Part shown: one piece after another, positions 1 through 8,445 of the stretch
Numbering within the stretch: position 1 is the stretch's first letter
Layout of the letters: each line of letters opens with the position of its first letter
DNA from: Candidatus Lokiarchaeum ossiferum
GTDB lineage: Archaea > Asgardarchaeota > Lokiarchaeia > Sigyniarchaeales > Promethearchaeaceae
Length of the DNA stretch: 32,000 nucleotides
Direction: 5' to 3'
Assembly: GCA_025839675.1 (NCBI GenBank)
Contig: CP104013.1
Location: forward strand, 5,910,001-5,942,000
Made by a program: the position numbers and the translations under genes
The notes under the pieces: generated by a model
The model's input: the letters and a program-made list of their open reading frames with translations, nothing else
Told to the model about the DNA's origin: nothing
The model's database searches: none

Positions 1-308
1 ACTGTTGCTGTTTCATTATAGTCAAAGCTATAAAGTGGGAATGTATGATTCTCATATTTTGTATAATTTAAGATTTGTTCTAAAGTAAAGATGGTAATAA
101 GACTATCTCTTTTAAATTCTAATGAAACATCTGGAGTCTCACCTGAGGGATAAGTAAAATTTAACCATCCATCATCTGCTGAAGATGGTTTAATGTCTTC
201 TTTGTATATAACATCCATATCGGTTGTATTTGCAAAAGTGGGAACTGCAAAATTAGCAAATAACATTGATATACAGATGATTGAAAGAATTATCGGTGTT
301 TTTTTCAT
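1..308 (-). CDS. Secreted or surface protein, N-terminal part only (the gene runs off the left edge of the window)
   Basis: My own reverse-strand translation from the ATG at 308 gives MKKTPIILSIICISMLFANFAVPTFA/NTTDMDVIYKEDIKPSSADDGWLNFTYPSGETPDV... It has a classic signal peptide (basic N-terminus, hydrophobic core, A-x-A-like site). Five N-x-S/T sequons occur in about 100 aa. The frame stays open to position 1. It explains the region better than the antisense + ORF at 193..375. Confidence 0.5.
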   Translation of the reverse strand, partial: MKKTPIILSIICISMLFANFAVPTFANTTDMDVIYKEDIKPSSADDGWLNFTYPSGETPDVSLEFKRDSLITIFTLEQILNYTKYENHTFPLYSFDYNETAT

Positions 309-555
309 ATTCATCACATTAAATACGTATAATATTTGTCTAATATCTCTCACAGTATTAATTGGTCGATATTAACAATGAAACATAACGATGTTTTTCT
401 AATTAAGTTTTTCTTTTTATAATACCCGATCTCAAGATAAAAACTTCAAGAAAGTGTTTTTGGACAAAATGATTCACTTTAGTAAATAATTTTTCAAAGT
501 ATAGGGGCATTAATATTAATATTTGATCTTGAACTAAACTAATCAGAAAATAACT

Positions 556-1596
556 ATGGATATTAAACAAGAAACATGGGGGAAATACAAGTTAATTATT
601 GTTGCCGATCCAGAGACGAATTTTTTAGTCAAACTCTCAACTTTTGGAGCCACTTTAGTTGATATTCAACTTCCAGATCGCAATGGGGATTTATCTTCAG
701 TAACTTATTCACATTCGTCTCCGGAAGACTATAAAAATAAAGTGGGGTATTTTGGGGCTTCAGTAGGTAGAGTGGCTAACCGTATTGGAAATGCTAAATT
801 TGAATTGGATGGAGAAGTTTATTCTCTAAATAAAAATAATGGAAAACATTGTTTGCATGGAGGAAAGAAGGGTTTTTCTTATAAAGAGTGGGTCTTAGAA
901 GGGATTCGGCATGATTCAATGAAAAATAATGTGCGAATAACCTTCCAATATATTAGTCCTGATGGTGAAGAAGGATTTCCAGGACAAATGACTACTCAAA
1001 TCACTTATATTGTATCTCCGATGAGTATTGGGTGGGAATTCACTGCATCAACCACCAAACCTTCGATTGTTAACCTTACTAATCATGCTTATTGGAATTT
1101 GAATGGACTTCATAGTTCAATTGAATCTCATGATTTAACATTATATGCAGATTCATTTAGCATTAATGATGATTCTTGTCTTCCCACAGGTGAATTAGGT
1201 AATGTGGCAGAATATAACGTGGATTTTCGTGAAAAAAGGAATATCAAGCTAGCTCTTGAGCAATTTGGAGATATTGATAATAATTTCTTTCTCACCGGAT
1301 ATCAGTTCAAAAAGGATAAAACCGATTTATTCCTTGCTGCAAAATTATGGTCTCCCCTTTCTGGGAGAAAAATGGTTGTTGAAACTACTGAACCTTGTAT
1401 TCAAATCTACACTGGAAATTTCATGGGCAATATCGTGGCAAATGGAATTAAGTGTAAAAAACACAGTGCCATATGCTTGGAAACTCAAAAAATACCAAAT
1501 GCAATTAATTTACCTGAGTTCGCAGATTCTGTTATCCTTCGTCCAGACGAAAAATACTATCATAAAACTGTTCATACCTTCAGCATTCAAAAATAA
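556..1596 (+). CDS. galM: Aldose 1-epimerase (mutarotase)
   Basis: 346-aa ORF with family-typical motifs read by eye: FGASVGRVANRI, HCLHGGKKGF, NLTNHAYWNL and CLETQ near the C-terminus. The length is typical for GalM. Confidence 0.85.
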   Translation: MDIKQETWGKYKLIIVADPETNFLVKLSTFGATLVDIQLPDRNGDLSSVTYSHSSPEDYKNKVGYFGASVGRVANRIGNAKFELDGEVYSLNKNNGKHCLHGGKKGFSYKEWVLEGIRHDSMKNNVRITFQYISPDGEEGFPGQMTTQITYIVSPMSIGWEFTASTTKPSIVNLTNHAYWNLNGLHSSIESHDLTLYADSFSINDDSCLPTGELGNVAEYNVDFREKRNIKLALEQFGDIDNNFFLTGYQFKKDKTDLFLAAKLWSPLSGRKMVVETTEPCIQIYTGNFMGNIVANGIKCKKHSAICLETQKIPNAINLPEFADSVILRPDEKYYHKTVHTFSIQK

Positions 1597-1689
1597 TTTT
1601 TTCAATATTTTTTAATACCTTCTTAATTTTTAATTCATACTAACCCCTTTATCAAGGATATCAAAAACTGGTCGGGTCATTAAAACAAA

Positions 1690-2151
1690 ATGCATATTAA
1701 AAAAATACTTGTTACAGGGGTTTTTGGTTCATTTGGTGCCATTTTTCGGTTTTTAATATATGAAATTATGTCCGTGTTTGTAGATGTTCCATCTTTTTAT
1801 TCAACTATGGTTGTAAATGTAATTGGCAGTTTCCTTTTGAGTTACTGTGTTCAAAGACAACTAACAACTTTAAACCACAATGAATTTCTTTCAGGGCTTG
1901 CACATTATAAAACAGAAATTTTAGGTGGGTTAATTGGTGCCTTTACCACATTTTCAACCGTAATTTATGAAATTTCACTCTTCAATCACTCTGGGGACTA
2001 TCTCAGATGTTTCATCTACATATTTTGTGCAATCACCTTGGCTTTATTTGCAGTCTTCTTTGGAGAAATTCTTGCACAAAAATCAAATATAAAAAATAAT
2101 CCCGATAGCATGCAAATATTGCCAGTTATGAAGATTGGAGATTCGGAATAA
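1690..2151 (+). CDS. crcB: Fluoride ion channel CrcB/FluC, paralog 1
   Basis: 153-aa polytopic membrane ORF with CrcB signatures (GVFGSFGAIFRF near the N-terminus, GGLIGAFTTFSTV). It carries a hydrophilic C-terminal tail of about 30 aa that is not typical of the family. Confidence 0.8.
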   Translation: MHIKKILVTGVFGSFGAIFRFLIYEIMSVFVDVPSFYSTMVVNVIGSFLLSYCVQRQLTTLNHNEFLSGLAHYKTEILGGLIGAFTTFSTVIYEISLFNHSGDYLRCFIYIFCAITLALFAVFFGEILAQKSNIKNNPDSMQILPVMKIGDSE

Positions 2152-2152
2152 T

Positions 2153-2515
2153 ATGCTACTGGCAGTTCTATATGTTGGGGCAGGAGGTTTTTTTGGTGCA
2201 ATTCTACATTATATTTTGACTTTAACCTCAAATAATTCTTCAAAATCTTCTTTTCCGACCAGAACATTAGTGGTAAACCTTTTTGCTTGCTTTATTTTGG
2301 GACTAATTACGCAGTTTCTAAACCTTTCTGCAGAATTCAACATGTTTTTTATAACTGGTTTTTTAGGATCATTGAGTACGTTTTCGACTTTTATCTTGGA
2401 TATTCAAAAATTAAGTCGGAAAGAAAAATTTTTTTCAATAATTTATCTTTCTCTATCGATTGGTTTGGGATTACTTAGCTTTGAAGTTAGTTCATTCATT
2501 TATGCTTTGTTCTAA
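2153..2515 (+). CDS. crcB: Fluoride ion channel CrcB/FluC, paralog 2
   Basis: CrcB signatures are present (GAGGFFGAILHY, GFLGSLSTFSTF). The ATG at 2153 sits one base after the TAA of the upstream crcB (taaTATG), giving a family-typical protein of about 120 aa. An alternative upstream ATG at 2135 would overlap the first gene by 17 nt. Confidence 0.8.
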   Translation: MLLAVLYVGAGGFFGAILHYILTLTSNNSSKSSFPTRTLVVNLFACFILGLITQFLNLSAEFNMFFITGFLGSLSTFSTFILDIQKLSRKEKFFSIIYLSLSIGLGLLSFEVSSFIYALF

Positions 2516-2748
2516 GAAGAATTAATTTGTAATTCGGTGAATCTTCCCAAATTTCTTTTAATGTTTCCTTCAAGAGCGATAAACCTTTCAAATCGTGAAA
2601 ATAGTTTTGAAATTTCTTCAAAAAGAAATAGGCAAACATTCCCATGGCGATGGGTTTCATTTCCCCATTTCCTAAGCTTTAAAGCGAAAATTACATATCT
2701 TTTCTCAAGATAGAACGATGCAAAAAAAATCGTTTCGAGAAGATACAT

Positions 2749-3366
2749 ATGGAAATAAATCATTTTAACTGTTTAAGCATTGGTGTGGGTGGGCAAGGTG
2801 TAATTCGTGCTACACAAATTCTCGCTGATGCTGCATTACTTGATAAACATTCAGTAAGGACTGCTGAAACTCACGGGATGGCTCAACGTGGGGGGTCAGT
2901 CACTGGATATTTACGGTTTGGATCGGAAGTGATGGGTCCTCTAATTCCAAAAGGTGGTGCTAATATTATTATGTCTTTCGAGCCAAGTGAAGCTATCCGC
3001 GCTATTCCTTATGCGAATGCGGATACCATTATGTTTGTAAATATAAAGCCGATTATTCCTCTGTCAGTATATCAAAATAAAAAAATAGTCTATCCAAGTT
3101 TTGAAGAAATGCAGACAAATTTAAAGAAAGTTACCCAAAAAGTACTTTTTATTGATGCTGCCGAATTAGCAATTAAGGCGGGGAGTATCAAAGCTGCTAA
3201 TGTGATCATGCTTGGTGTAATGCTCGGTTCTGGAGCTCTTCCACTTTCCCGTGAAAATTTGGAAAAAGCAATTATGGATGGTGTTCCTGCGAAAGCGTTA
3301 GATATTAATAAAAAAGCCTTTGATCTAGGTATTGCCAAAGGCGAAGAATTGAAGGAGAAGATTTAA
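2749..3366 (+). CDS. iorB: Indolepyruvate:ferredoxin oxidoreductase, beta subunit
   Basis: 205-aa ORF of the pyruvate/ketoisovalerate oxidoreductase gamma-type family (GVGGQGV...ETHGMAQRGGSV). It is directly coupled to iorA: the stop is at 3364-3366 and the ATG at 3368. Confidence 0.85.
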   Translation: MEINHFNCLSIGVGGQGVIRATQILADAALLDKHSVRTAETHGMAQRGGSVTGYLRFGSEVMGPLIPKGGANIIMSFEPSEAIRAIPYANADTIMFVNIKPIIPLSVYQNKKIVYPSFEEMQTNLKKVTQKVLFIDAAELAIKAGSIKAANVIMLGVMLGSGALPLSRENLEKAIMDGVPAKALDINKKAFDLGIAKGEELKEKI

Positions 3367-3367
3367 A

Positions 3368-5278
3368 ATGAGTTCAAAAAAAATCCCAAATGTTGCTTTG
3401 AATGAACCTGGTAAGAAAGTAATTATGTTAGGAAATGAAGCAATTGCGCGAGGTGTTTTAGAAGCAGGAGTAACTATGGCTGCTGCTTATCCGGGAACAC
3501 CTTCGTCTGAAATCACACCTGCTATTGCTGCTTGTGTACCTTTTCATCCACATATAAATGTGGAGTGGAGCGTAAACGAGAAAGTCGCTTTTGAAGTTGC
3601 CTATGCAGGTTCAATGTCAAACGCTCGATCCGTTGCTATAATGAAACATGTTGGTGTTAATGTGGCCACTGATTCTCTCTTTGAAGCGGCCTATCACGGG
3701 GTTCGTGGAGGGATGGTGTTAGTTTCTGCAGATGATCCTAGTCAATTCTCCAGTCAAAATGAACAAGATAATCGCTATTATGGTCTTCATGCTTTAGTAC
3801 CAGTATTTGAACCTTCTACACCTCAAGAAGCTAAGGATATGATGAAGTATGCATTCCCATTTTCAGAAGAACATAATTCTGTTGTTCTTTTCCGAACAAC
3901 AACTCGAATGAATCATGGTCGTGGAGATGTGGAGTTGGGTGAAATTGAAAAACCTGATCGTGAGATAGGATTTGATTTTGATCGAAATCGCTGGGTTTGT
4001 GTTCCATCCAATTCTCGACCTCAACGAACATCTATTATCAAACGAATGGAAGGTATTGCAGAAATTGCCGATGATTTTCCATTTAATGGCCTAACTATTT
4101 CTGAAGAAAAAATGAATGGTAAGAAATATGGATTTGTTGCCGCTGGAATTGCCTACTCCCATTTAATGGATACTCTAAACCAGTTTGGTCTTACTGAAAA
4201 AGTTTCAATCCTTAAATTAGGATTGGTGCATCCTTTACCAAAAATCATGATGAAAAAAATCATGAATTCAGTTGATGAACTCGTAATTGTTGAAGAATTG
4301 GAACCCATCTTTGAAGAGCAGTTTAAAGCTCTGGCTTTTGAGGAACAAATAAACTCAGTTAAAATTCACGGCAAAAATATAATTCCTCAACAAGGCGAAT
4401 TAACTCCAGGAACTTTAAACATTAAAATTACTCAACTGCTTGGAATTGACTATACTCCGTTTAAAGCTCCAGAATTAGACATTACGGCACCTCCACGTCT
4501 TCCTCAAATGTGTCCGGCTTGTCATCACCGAAATACCTATTGGGTGATGAAACAATTAGAACGAAAGCTAAAATTGAAATTTATTAAAAATAATGATATT
4601 GGCTGTTATTCCTTAGGGGTCTATAAACCTTTGGAGGCGGCTGATACTGCATTATGTATGGGAGGAAGCATTGGGATGGCAAATGGTTTTGCAAAGATTG
4701 TTCCTGAAGGTCAAATTGTAACTGCTTTACTTGGAGATTCTACCTTCTTCCATTCTGGAATTGCACCTCTAACAAACGCCGTGTATAACCAAAATGATAT
4801 GTTAATCTTCATTCAAGATAACAGCTTTACCAGTATGACTGGTGGACAAGATAATCCTGCAAATGGTATCAAGATCACCGGTGAACAAGGTGTGAAGATC
4901 GACATCGCAAAAGTTGTTGAAGGCTGTGGTGTTCCAAAAGAGAATATATGGGTTCAAGAAGCCTATGAAATGGATGCTATGATGGAAAAAATGGAACAAG
5001 CCGTCTTAGCCAAAGGAGTTCGTGTTTTTATTGCGAAACATATGTGTTCTCTCCAAGAAATGCGCCTTGTAAAGAAAAACAAGATAAAATTGCCAACTGT
5101 TAAAGTTGATCCAGAAAAGTGCATTGGGTGTCAAATCTGTGTCCGTAAGTTCGGTTGTCCTGCAATCAGCTTTAACTTTGAGACTAAGAAGGCATATATT
5201 GATCAATCTCAATGTCGGGCTTGCAAAACATGCACGTTTGTATGTCCTTCTAAAGCATTTTATGTTGCTGAAGAATAA
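3368..5278 (+). CDS. iorA: Indolepyruvate:ferredoxin oxidoreductase, alpha subunit
   Basis: 636-aa ORF with a TPP-binding signature (LLGDSTFFHSG...IQDNSFTSMTGGQ). It has a C-terminal 2x[4Fe-4S] ferredoxin module (CIGCQICVRKFGCP ... CRACKTCTFVCP). Size and architecture are typical for IorA. Confidence 0.9.
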   Translation: MSSKKIPNVALNEPGKKVIMLGNEAIARGVLEAGVTMAAAYPGTPSSEITPAIAACVPFHPHINVEWSVNEKVAFEVAYAGSMSNARSVAIMKHVGVNVATDSLFEAAYHGVRGGMVLVSADDPSQFSSQNEQDNRYYGLHALVPVFEPSTPQEAKDMMKYAFPFSEEHNSVVLFRTTTRMNHGRGDVELGEIEKPDREIGFDFDRNRWVCVPSNSRPQRTSIIKRMEGIAEIADDFPFNGLTISEEKMNGKKYGFVAAGIAYSHLMDTLNQFGLTEKVSILKLGLVHPLPKIMMKKIMNSVDELVIVEELEPIFEEQFKALAFEEQINSVKIHGKNIIPQQGELTPGTLNIKITQLLGIDYTPFKAPELDITAPPRLPQMCPACHHRNTYWVMKQLERKLKLKFIKNNDIGCYSLGVYKPLEAADTALCMGGSIGMANGFAKIVPEGQIVTALLGDSTFFHSGIAPLTNAVYNQNDMLIFIQDNSFTSMTGGQDNPANGIKITGEQGVKIDIAKVVEGCGVPKENIWVQEAYEMDAMMEKMEQAVLAKGVRVFIAKHMCSLQEMRLVKKNKIKLPTVKVDPEKCIGCQICVRKFGCPAISFNFETKKAYIDQSQCRACKTCTFVCPSKAFYVAEE

Positions 5279-5341
5279 AACAGCCATAAAATGGTCTTCT
5301 TTTTTATTTTTATTGAACTTATTATTAGGATGTTTATTTGA

Positions 5342-6712
5342 ATGACGAAATTATTCTTTTACCCGAAAACAATCGCAGTTATTGGTGCGACAGAAGATCC
5401 TTCGAAATTTGGGAATGCAGTAACAACTAATTTGCTGGATAATCCTAATTTAGAAGCCGAGCTTTTTCCCATTTCACGTAGTAATGATAAAATTTATGGA
5501 TTGCAAGCTTATAAATCCCTATTAGATGTTCCCAAGGATATTGATTTAGCTATTGTATTGGTGCCTGCAAAAGTTGTACCTTTCATTGTTGATCAGTGTA
5601 TTCAAAAACCTGTTAAACGAATTATTGTGGTGACTGCGGGATTTGGTGAAATAAATGAAGAAGGGAAGCAAATTGAGCAAGAAATGGCTCGTAAATGTCG
5701 TGCAGCTGGAATCCGCATGATCGGTCCGAATTGTGTGGGTATCCAGAATGTGGACATTGGAATGAATGCTTCTTTTATACAATCTCCCATCAAAGGAAAT
5801 ATTAGCATGGTATCTCAATCGGGATCTTTTGGATGTGCGATGATTGATGGCATGCGGTGGAACAATTTGGGGCTTTCAAAATTTGCTAATATCGGAAATG
5901 GAGTAGATTTAACCTTCGATGAAATTTTACACTATTTCAAAGAAGATGAGAATTCAAAAGTTCTTTCTGTATATACCGAAGCAGTAAAAAATGGAAAATC
6001 ATTTTATCAAGAATTAAAAGCAATCACTCCTGTAAAACCTGTTGTAGTTTTGAAGGGAGGAAGAACTCAAGCGGGAATGGCAGCTGCGGGTAGTCATACT
6101 GGCTCTCTTGCTTCCAATTACACCGTTTTAAAAGCAGCTGTTGACCAATCAGGGGCTGTTATGTGTGAAAAGATGGAAGATTATGTCACTGCTCTAAAAA
6201 CTTTTTCGCTTTTGCCCTTACCTAAAGGAAATCGAATTGCGGTCTTAACTAATAGCGGTGGGGCAGGTGTTCTCTACAGCGATAATGCGGAAGAACAAGG
6301 TTTAAAACTTGCTCCCTTTTCCGATTCATTAATAGAAAAGTTAAAACCTTATTTGATCGACTTGGTTCAAAAAGTAAATCCTTTAGATATGATTGCTGGA
6401 GCCAATGAAGATACCTATTATCAAGTTACTAAGGTGATGTTGGAAGATCCAGAAATTGATATTGTAATTCCCTGCGGTGTTTATCCCCCATTTTTGGGTA
6501 TGAAATTTGAAAACAATTTTAGTGGGATGATAAAGGCCTGGAATGAAACTGGAAGAAAAAAACCAATGTTACCCCTATTGGTATTTGGTAGTGGTTATGA
6601 AGGTGTGGTTGATCTTGCAATTAAAGAAAATGTTGCCTTCTTTTCGACTCCTCATGAAGCAGCATATGCAACTAAAATTTTAATTGATCGGATGAATTTC
6701 CTTCTTCGTTAA
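5342..6712 (+). CDS. acdA: ADP-forming acyl-CoA synthetase (ACD), alpha subunit, paralog 1
   Basis: 456-aa ORF with an N-terminal CoA-binding Rossmann motif (IAVIGATEDPSKFGN). It also has the CoA-ligase core (GPNCVGI, SQSGSF) and the phosphohistidine loop (GSHTGSLAS). The size matches Pyrococcus-type ACS alpha subunits. Confidence 0.8.
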   Translation: MTKLFFYPKTIAVIGATEDPSKFGNAVTTNLLDNPNLEAELFPISRSNDKIYGLQAYKSLLDVPKDIDLAIVLVPAKVVPFIVDQCIQKPVKRIIVVTAGFGEINEEGKQIEQEMARKCRAAGIRMIGPNCVGIQNVDIGMNASFIQSPIKGNISMVSQSGSFGCAMIDGMRWNNLGLSKFANIGNGVDLTFDEILHYFKEDENSKVLSVYTEAVKNGKSFYQELKAITPVKPVVVLKGGRTQAGMAAAGSHTGSLASNYTVLKAAVDQSGAVMCEKMEDYVTALKTFSLLPLPKGNRIAVLTNSGGAGVLYSDNAEEQGLKLAPFSDSLIEKLKPYLIDLVQKVNPLDMIAGANEDTYYQVTKVMLEDPEIDIVIPCGVYPPFLGMKFENNFSGMIKAWNETGRKKPMLPLLVFGSGYEGVVDLAIKENVAFFSTPHEAAYATKILIDRMNFLLR

Positions 6713-6738
6713 TTTTTTCATAACTTTTTTACTACTTT

Positions 6739-8139
6739 ATGAATAGTGATATATTATTCATGCCCCATATCTTTTTCAATCCAAAATCAATTGCTGTGAT
6801 TGGAGCGACTAATAATCCTAAAAAATTTGGGAATGCAGTCACAAAAAACTTGCTAAAAACCCCCCAATTACCTGTCCAACTTTACTTTATTTCTAAAGGA
6901 ACTAAGGAAATTAATCATACTCCCACATTTTTATCCATTCGTGATATTCAAGATAAAATTGACCTGGCTATCATACTAGTGCCTGCTAAATTCGTGGAAT
7001 CTGTGATAGATGAATGTATTTTGAAACAAGTTCAAAGAATAATAATTGTCACTGCGGGATTTGGAGAAATTGATGCGCAGGGAAAATCCTTAGAAAGTAT
7101 TATTGCGATGAAATGTCGTTCTGCAGGGATTCGGGTTATTGGGCCGAATTGCGTTGGAATTGAAAATGTAGATATCGGATTAAATGCTTCTTTTATTCAA
7201 ACACCTTATAAGGGCAATATAAGCATGGTTTCCCAATCGGGTTCCTTTGGTGGAGCATGTATTTGGGAATGGTATGAACAAAATATAGGGTGTTCCAAAT
7301 TTGCGAATCTGGGAAATCAGATTGATATTAATTTCATAGACATTTTAAAATATTATAAAGAAGATAAAAATTCAGAAGTTATCGCAATTTACGTAGAAGC
7401 GATTAAAGAAGGGAGAGATTTTTTTAATGAATTAAAAGAAATAACTCCATATAAGCCTGTGATTATCCAAAAAGGAGGTAGGAATCCTACGGGCTTGGCT
7501 GCAGCAAGTAGTCATACCGGTTCTATTGCAACAAATTATAATATATTTAAGACGGCTGTGGAACAAGCAGGGTGTGTCTTATGTGAAAATATGCCCGATT
7601 ATATTACTGCATTGAAGACTTTTTCACAGCTTCCTATTCCTAAAGGTGGCAGGATTGCTGTTTCTACCAGTAGTGGGGGGAGTAGTGTTCTATTTTGTGA
7701 TCATGCCGAAAACTTTGGTCTAAAATTAATTGATTTTAGTAAAACGTTCATAGAAAAAGTCCGGCCTCATTTAATTCCCTTAGTTAAGTACGTAAATCCC
7801 TTGGATATGATTGCTGGAGCCACTGAAGAACAATATTATATTGTGACAAAGGCAATGCTTGAAGACCCCGAAATTGATATTGTCGTTCCTTGTAGTTTAG
7901 TTCCACCCTTTATGGATTTTGAACCCCAAGCTCATCTGCGAGGAATTGTTCGTGCATGGGATGAAACACATCGGGTGAAACCTGTGATTCCTTTAATGGT
8001 TTTTAGTGAAGGATTCCAAGAAATTAAAGATTTACAAAAAAAATCGCACATTCCAGTCTTTTTCAATCCTAGAGAAACCGCTTTGGCAGCCAAGTTTTTA
8101 GTTGAACGCATGAATTTCTTAAAACGTTTTCAATCCTAA
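6739..8139 (+). CDS. acdA: ADP-forming acyl-CoA synthetase (ACD), alpha subunit, paralog 2
   Basis: 466-aa ORF collinear with the preceding gene over its full length; by eye well over half of the positions are identical. It has the same motifs (IAVIGATNNPKKFGN, GPNCVGI, SQSGSF, SSHTGSIAT). The start could also be the ATG at 6763. Confidence 0.8.
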   Translation: MNSDILFMPHIFFNPKSIAVIGATNNPKKFGNAVTKNLLKTPQLPVQLYFISKGTKEINHTPTFLSIRDIQDKIDLAIILVPAKFVESVIDECILKQVQRIIIVTAGFGEIDAQGKSLESIIAMKCRSAGIRVIGPNCVGIENVDIGLNASFIQTPYKGNISMVSQSGSFGGACIWEWYEQNIGCSKFANLGNQIDINFIDILKYYKEDKNSEVIAIYVEAIKEGRDFFNELKEITPYKPVIIQKGGRNPTGLAAASSHTGSIATNYNIFKTAVEQAGCVLCENMPDYITALKTFSQLPIPKGGRIAVSTSSGGSSVLFCDHAENFGLKLIDFSKTFIEKVRPHLIPLVKYVNPLDMIAGATEEQYYIVTKAMLEDPEIDIVVPCSLVPPFMDFEPQAHLRGIVRAWDETHRVKPVIPLMVFSEGFQEIKDLQKKSHIPVFFNPRETALAAKFLVERMNFLKRFQS

Positions 8140-8231
8140 TTAAAATGTAATTGAATTCGTACTGAAATCGTAAAACTTATTTTCTATTTAACTTTCTTTC
8201 TAGTTAACTTTCTTTAATTATATCCATTTTT

Positions 8232-8316
8232 GCGGGGATAATCAAGTCTGGTCCACGATGCTGGACTCAGAATCCAGTCCTATAGAGGCGCGAGGGTTCG
8301 AAGCCCTCTCCCCGCA
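8232..8316 (+). tRNA. trnL: tRNA-Leu (anticodon CAG), class II with long variable arm, no intron, no encoded CCA
   Basis: Folded by hand. The acceptor stem GCGGGGA (8232-8238) pairs perfectly with TCCCCGC (8309-8315). The anticodon stem is CTGGA/TCCAG with the 7-nt loop CTCAGAA (U33, anticodon CAG at 8268-8270, A37). The T arm is GAGGG-TTCGAAG-CCCTC. The variable region is 14 nt and the discriminator is A8316. Confidence 0.9.
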
Positions 8317-8445
8317 CTATTTAATTTTAATTTCAAATTATTCCCCTTCCCAAATCATTTTTAATGGAAAAGCCATATTTTAATATAAGATAAGAAGATC
8401 TTTTACTCAATTACGACCTTAAAATTTACAAAAAACTGATTTGTT

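Noticed and set aside
193-375. 60-aa + strand ORF from the track (MSSLYITSISVVF...)
   Set aside because: It is antisense to a more convincing minus-strand ORF (1..308). That ORF has a textbook signal peptide and multiple N-glycosylation sequons. The + ORF has no motif and a composition typical of antisense reading.
1597-1689. Possible fluoride (crcB-motif) riboswitch upstream of the crcB pair
   Set aside because: I could not find the conserved pseudoknotted core of the crcB motif. The leader is almost pure A/T with no complementary GC-containing stems. It needs an Infernal scan to be certain.
2512-2763. 83-aa minus-strand ORF filling the crcB-iorB spacer
   Set aside because: It overlaps the ends of both flanking, well-supported genes and has no recognisable motif. 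It lies where the iorBA promoter is expected. I treat it as a chance ORF, although a small divergent gene cannot be excluded.
5300-5311. Oligo-T tracts after stop codons (for example after iorA, and after the mutase large subunit at 25918-25926) as archaeal terminators
   Set aside because: T-runs of this length occur throughout this AT-rich window, including between genes that are almost certainly co-transcribed, such as the mutase large and small subunits. Sequence alone therefore cannot separate terminators from background.
8232-8316. tRNA-Leu as an integration site for a mobile element (genomic island boundary)
   Set aside because: The window contains no integrase or recombinase gene. I could find no second copy of the tRNA 3' half that would mark an att site. 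The flanking genes do not look foreign in composition.
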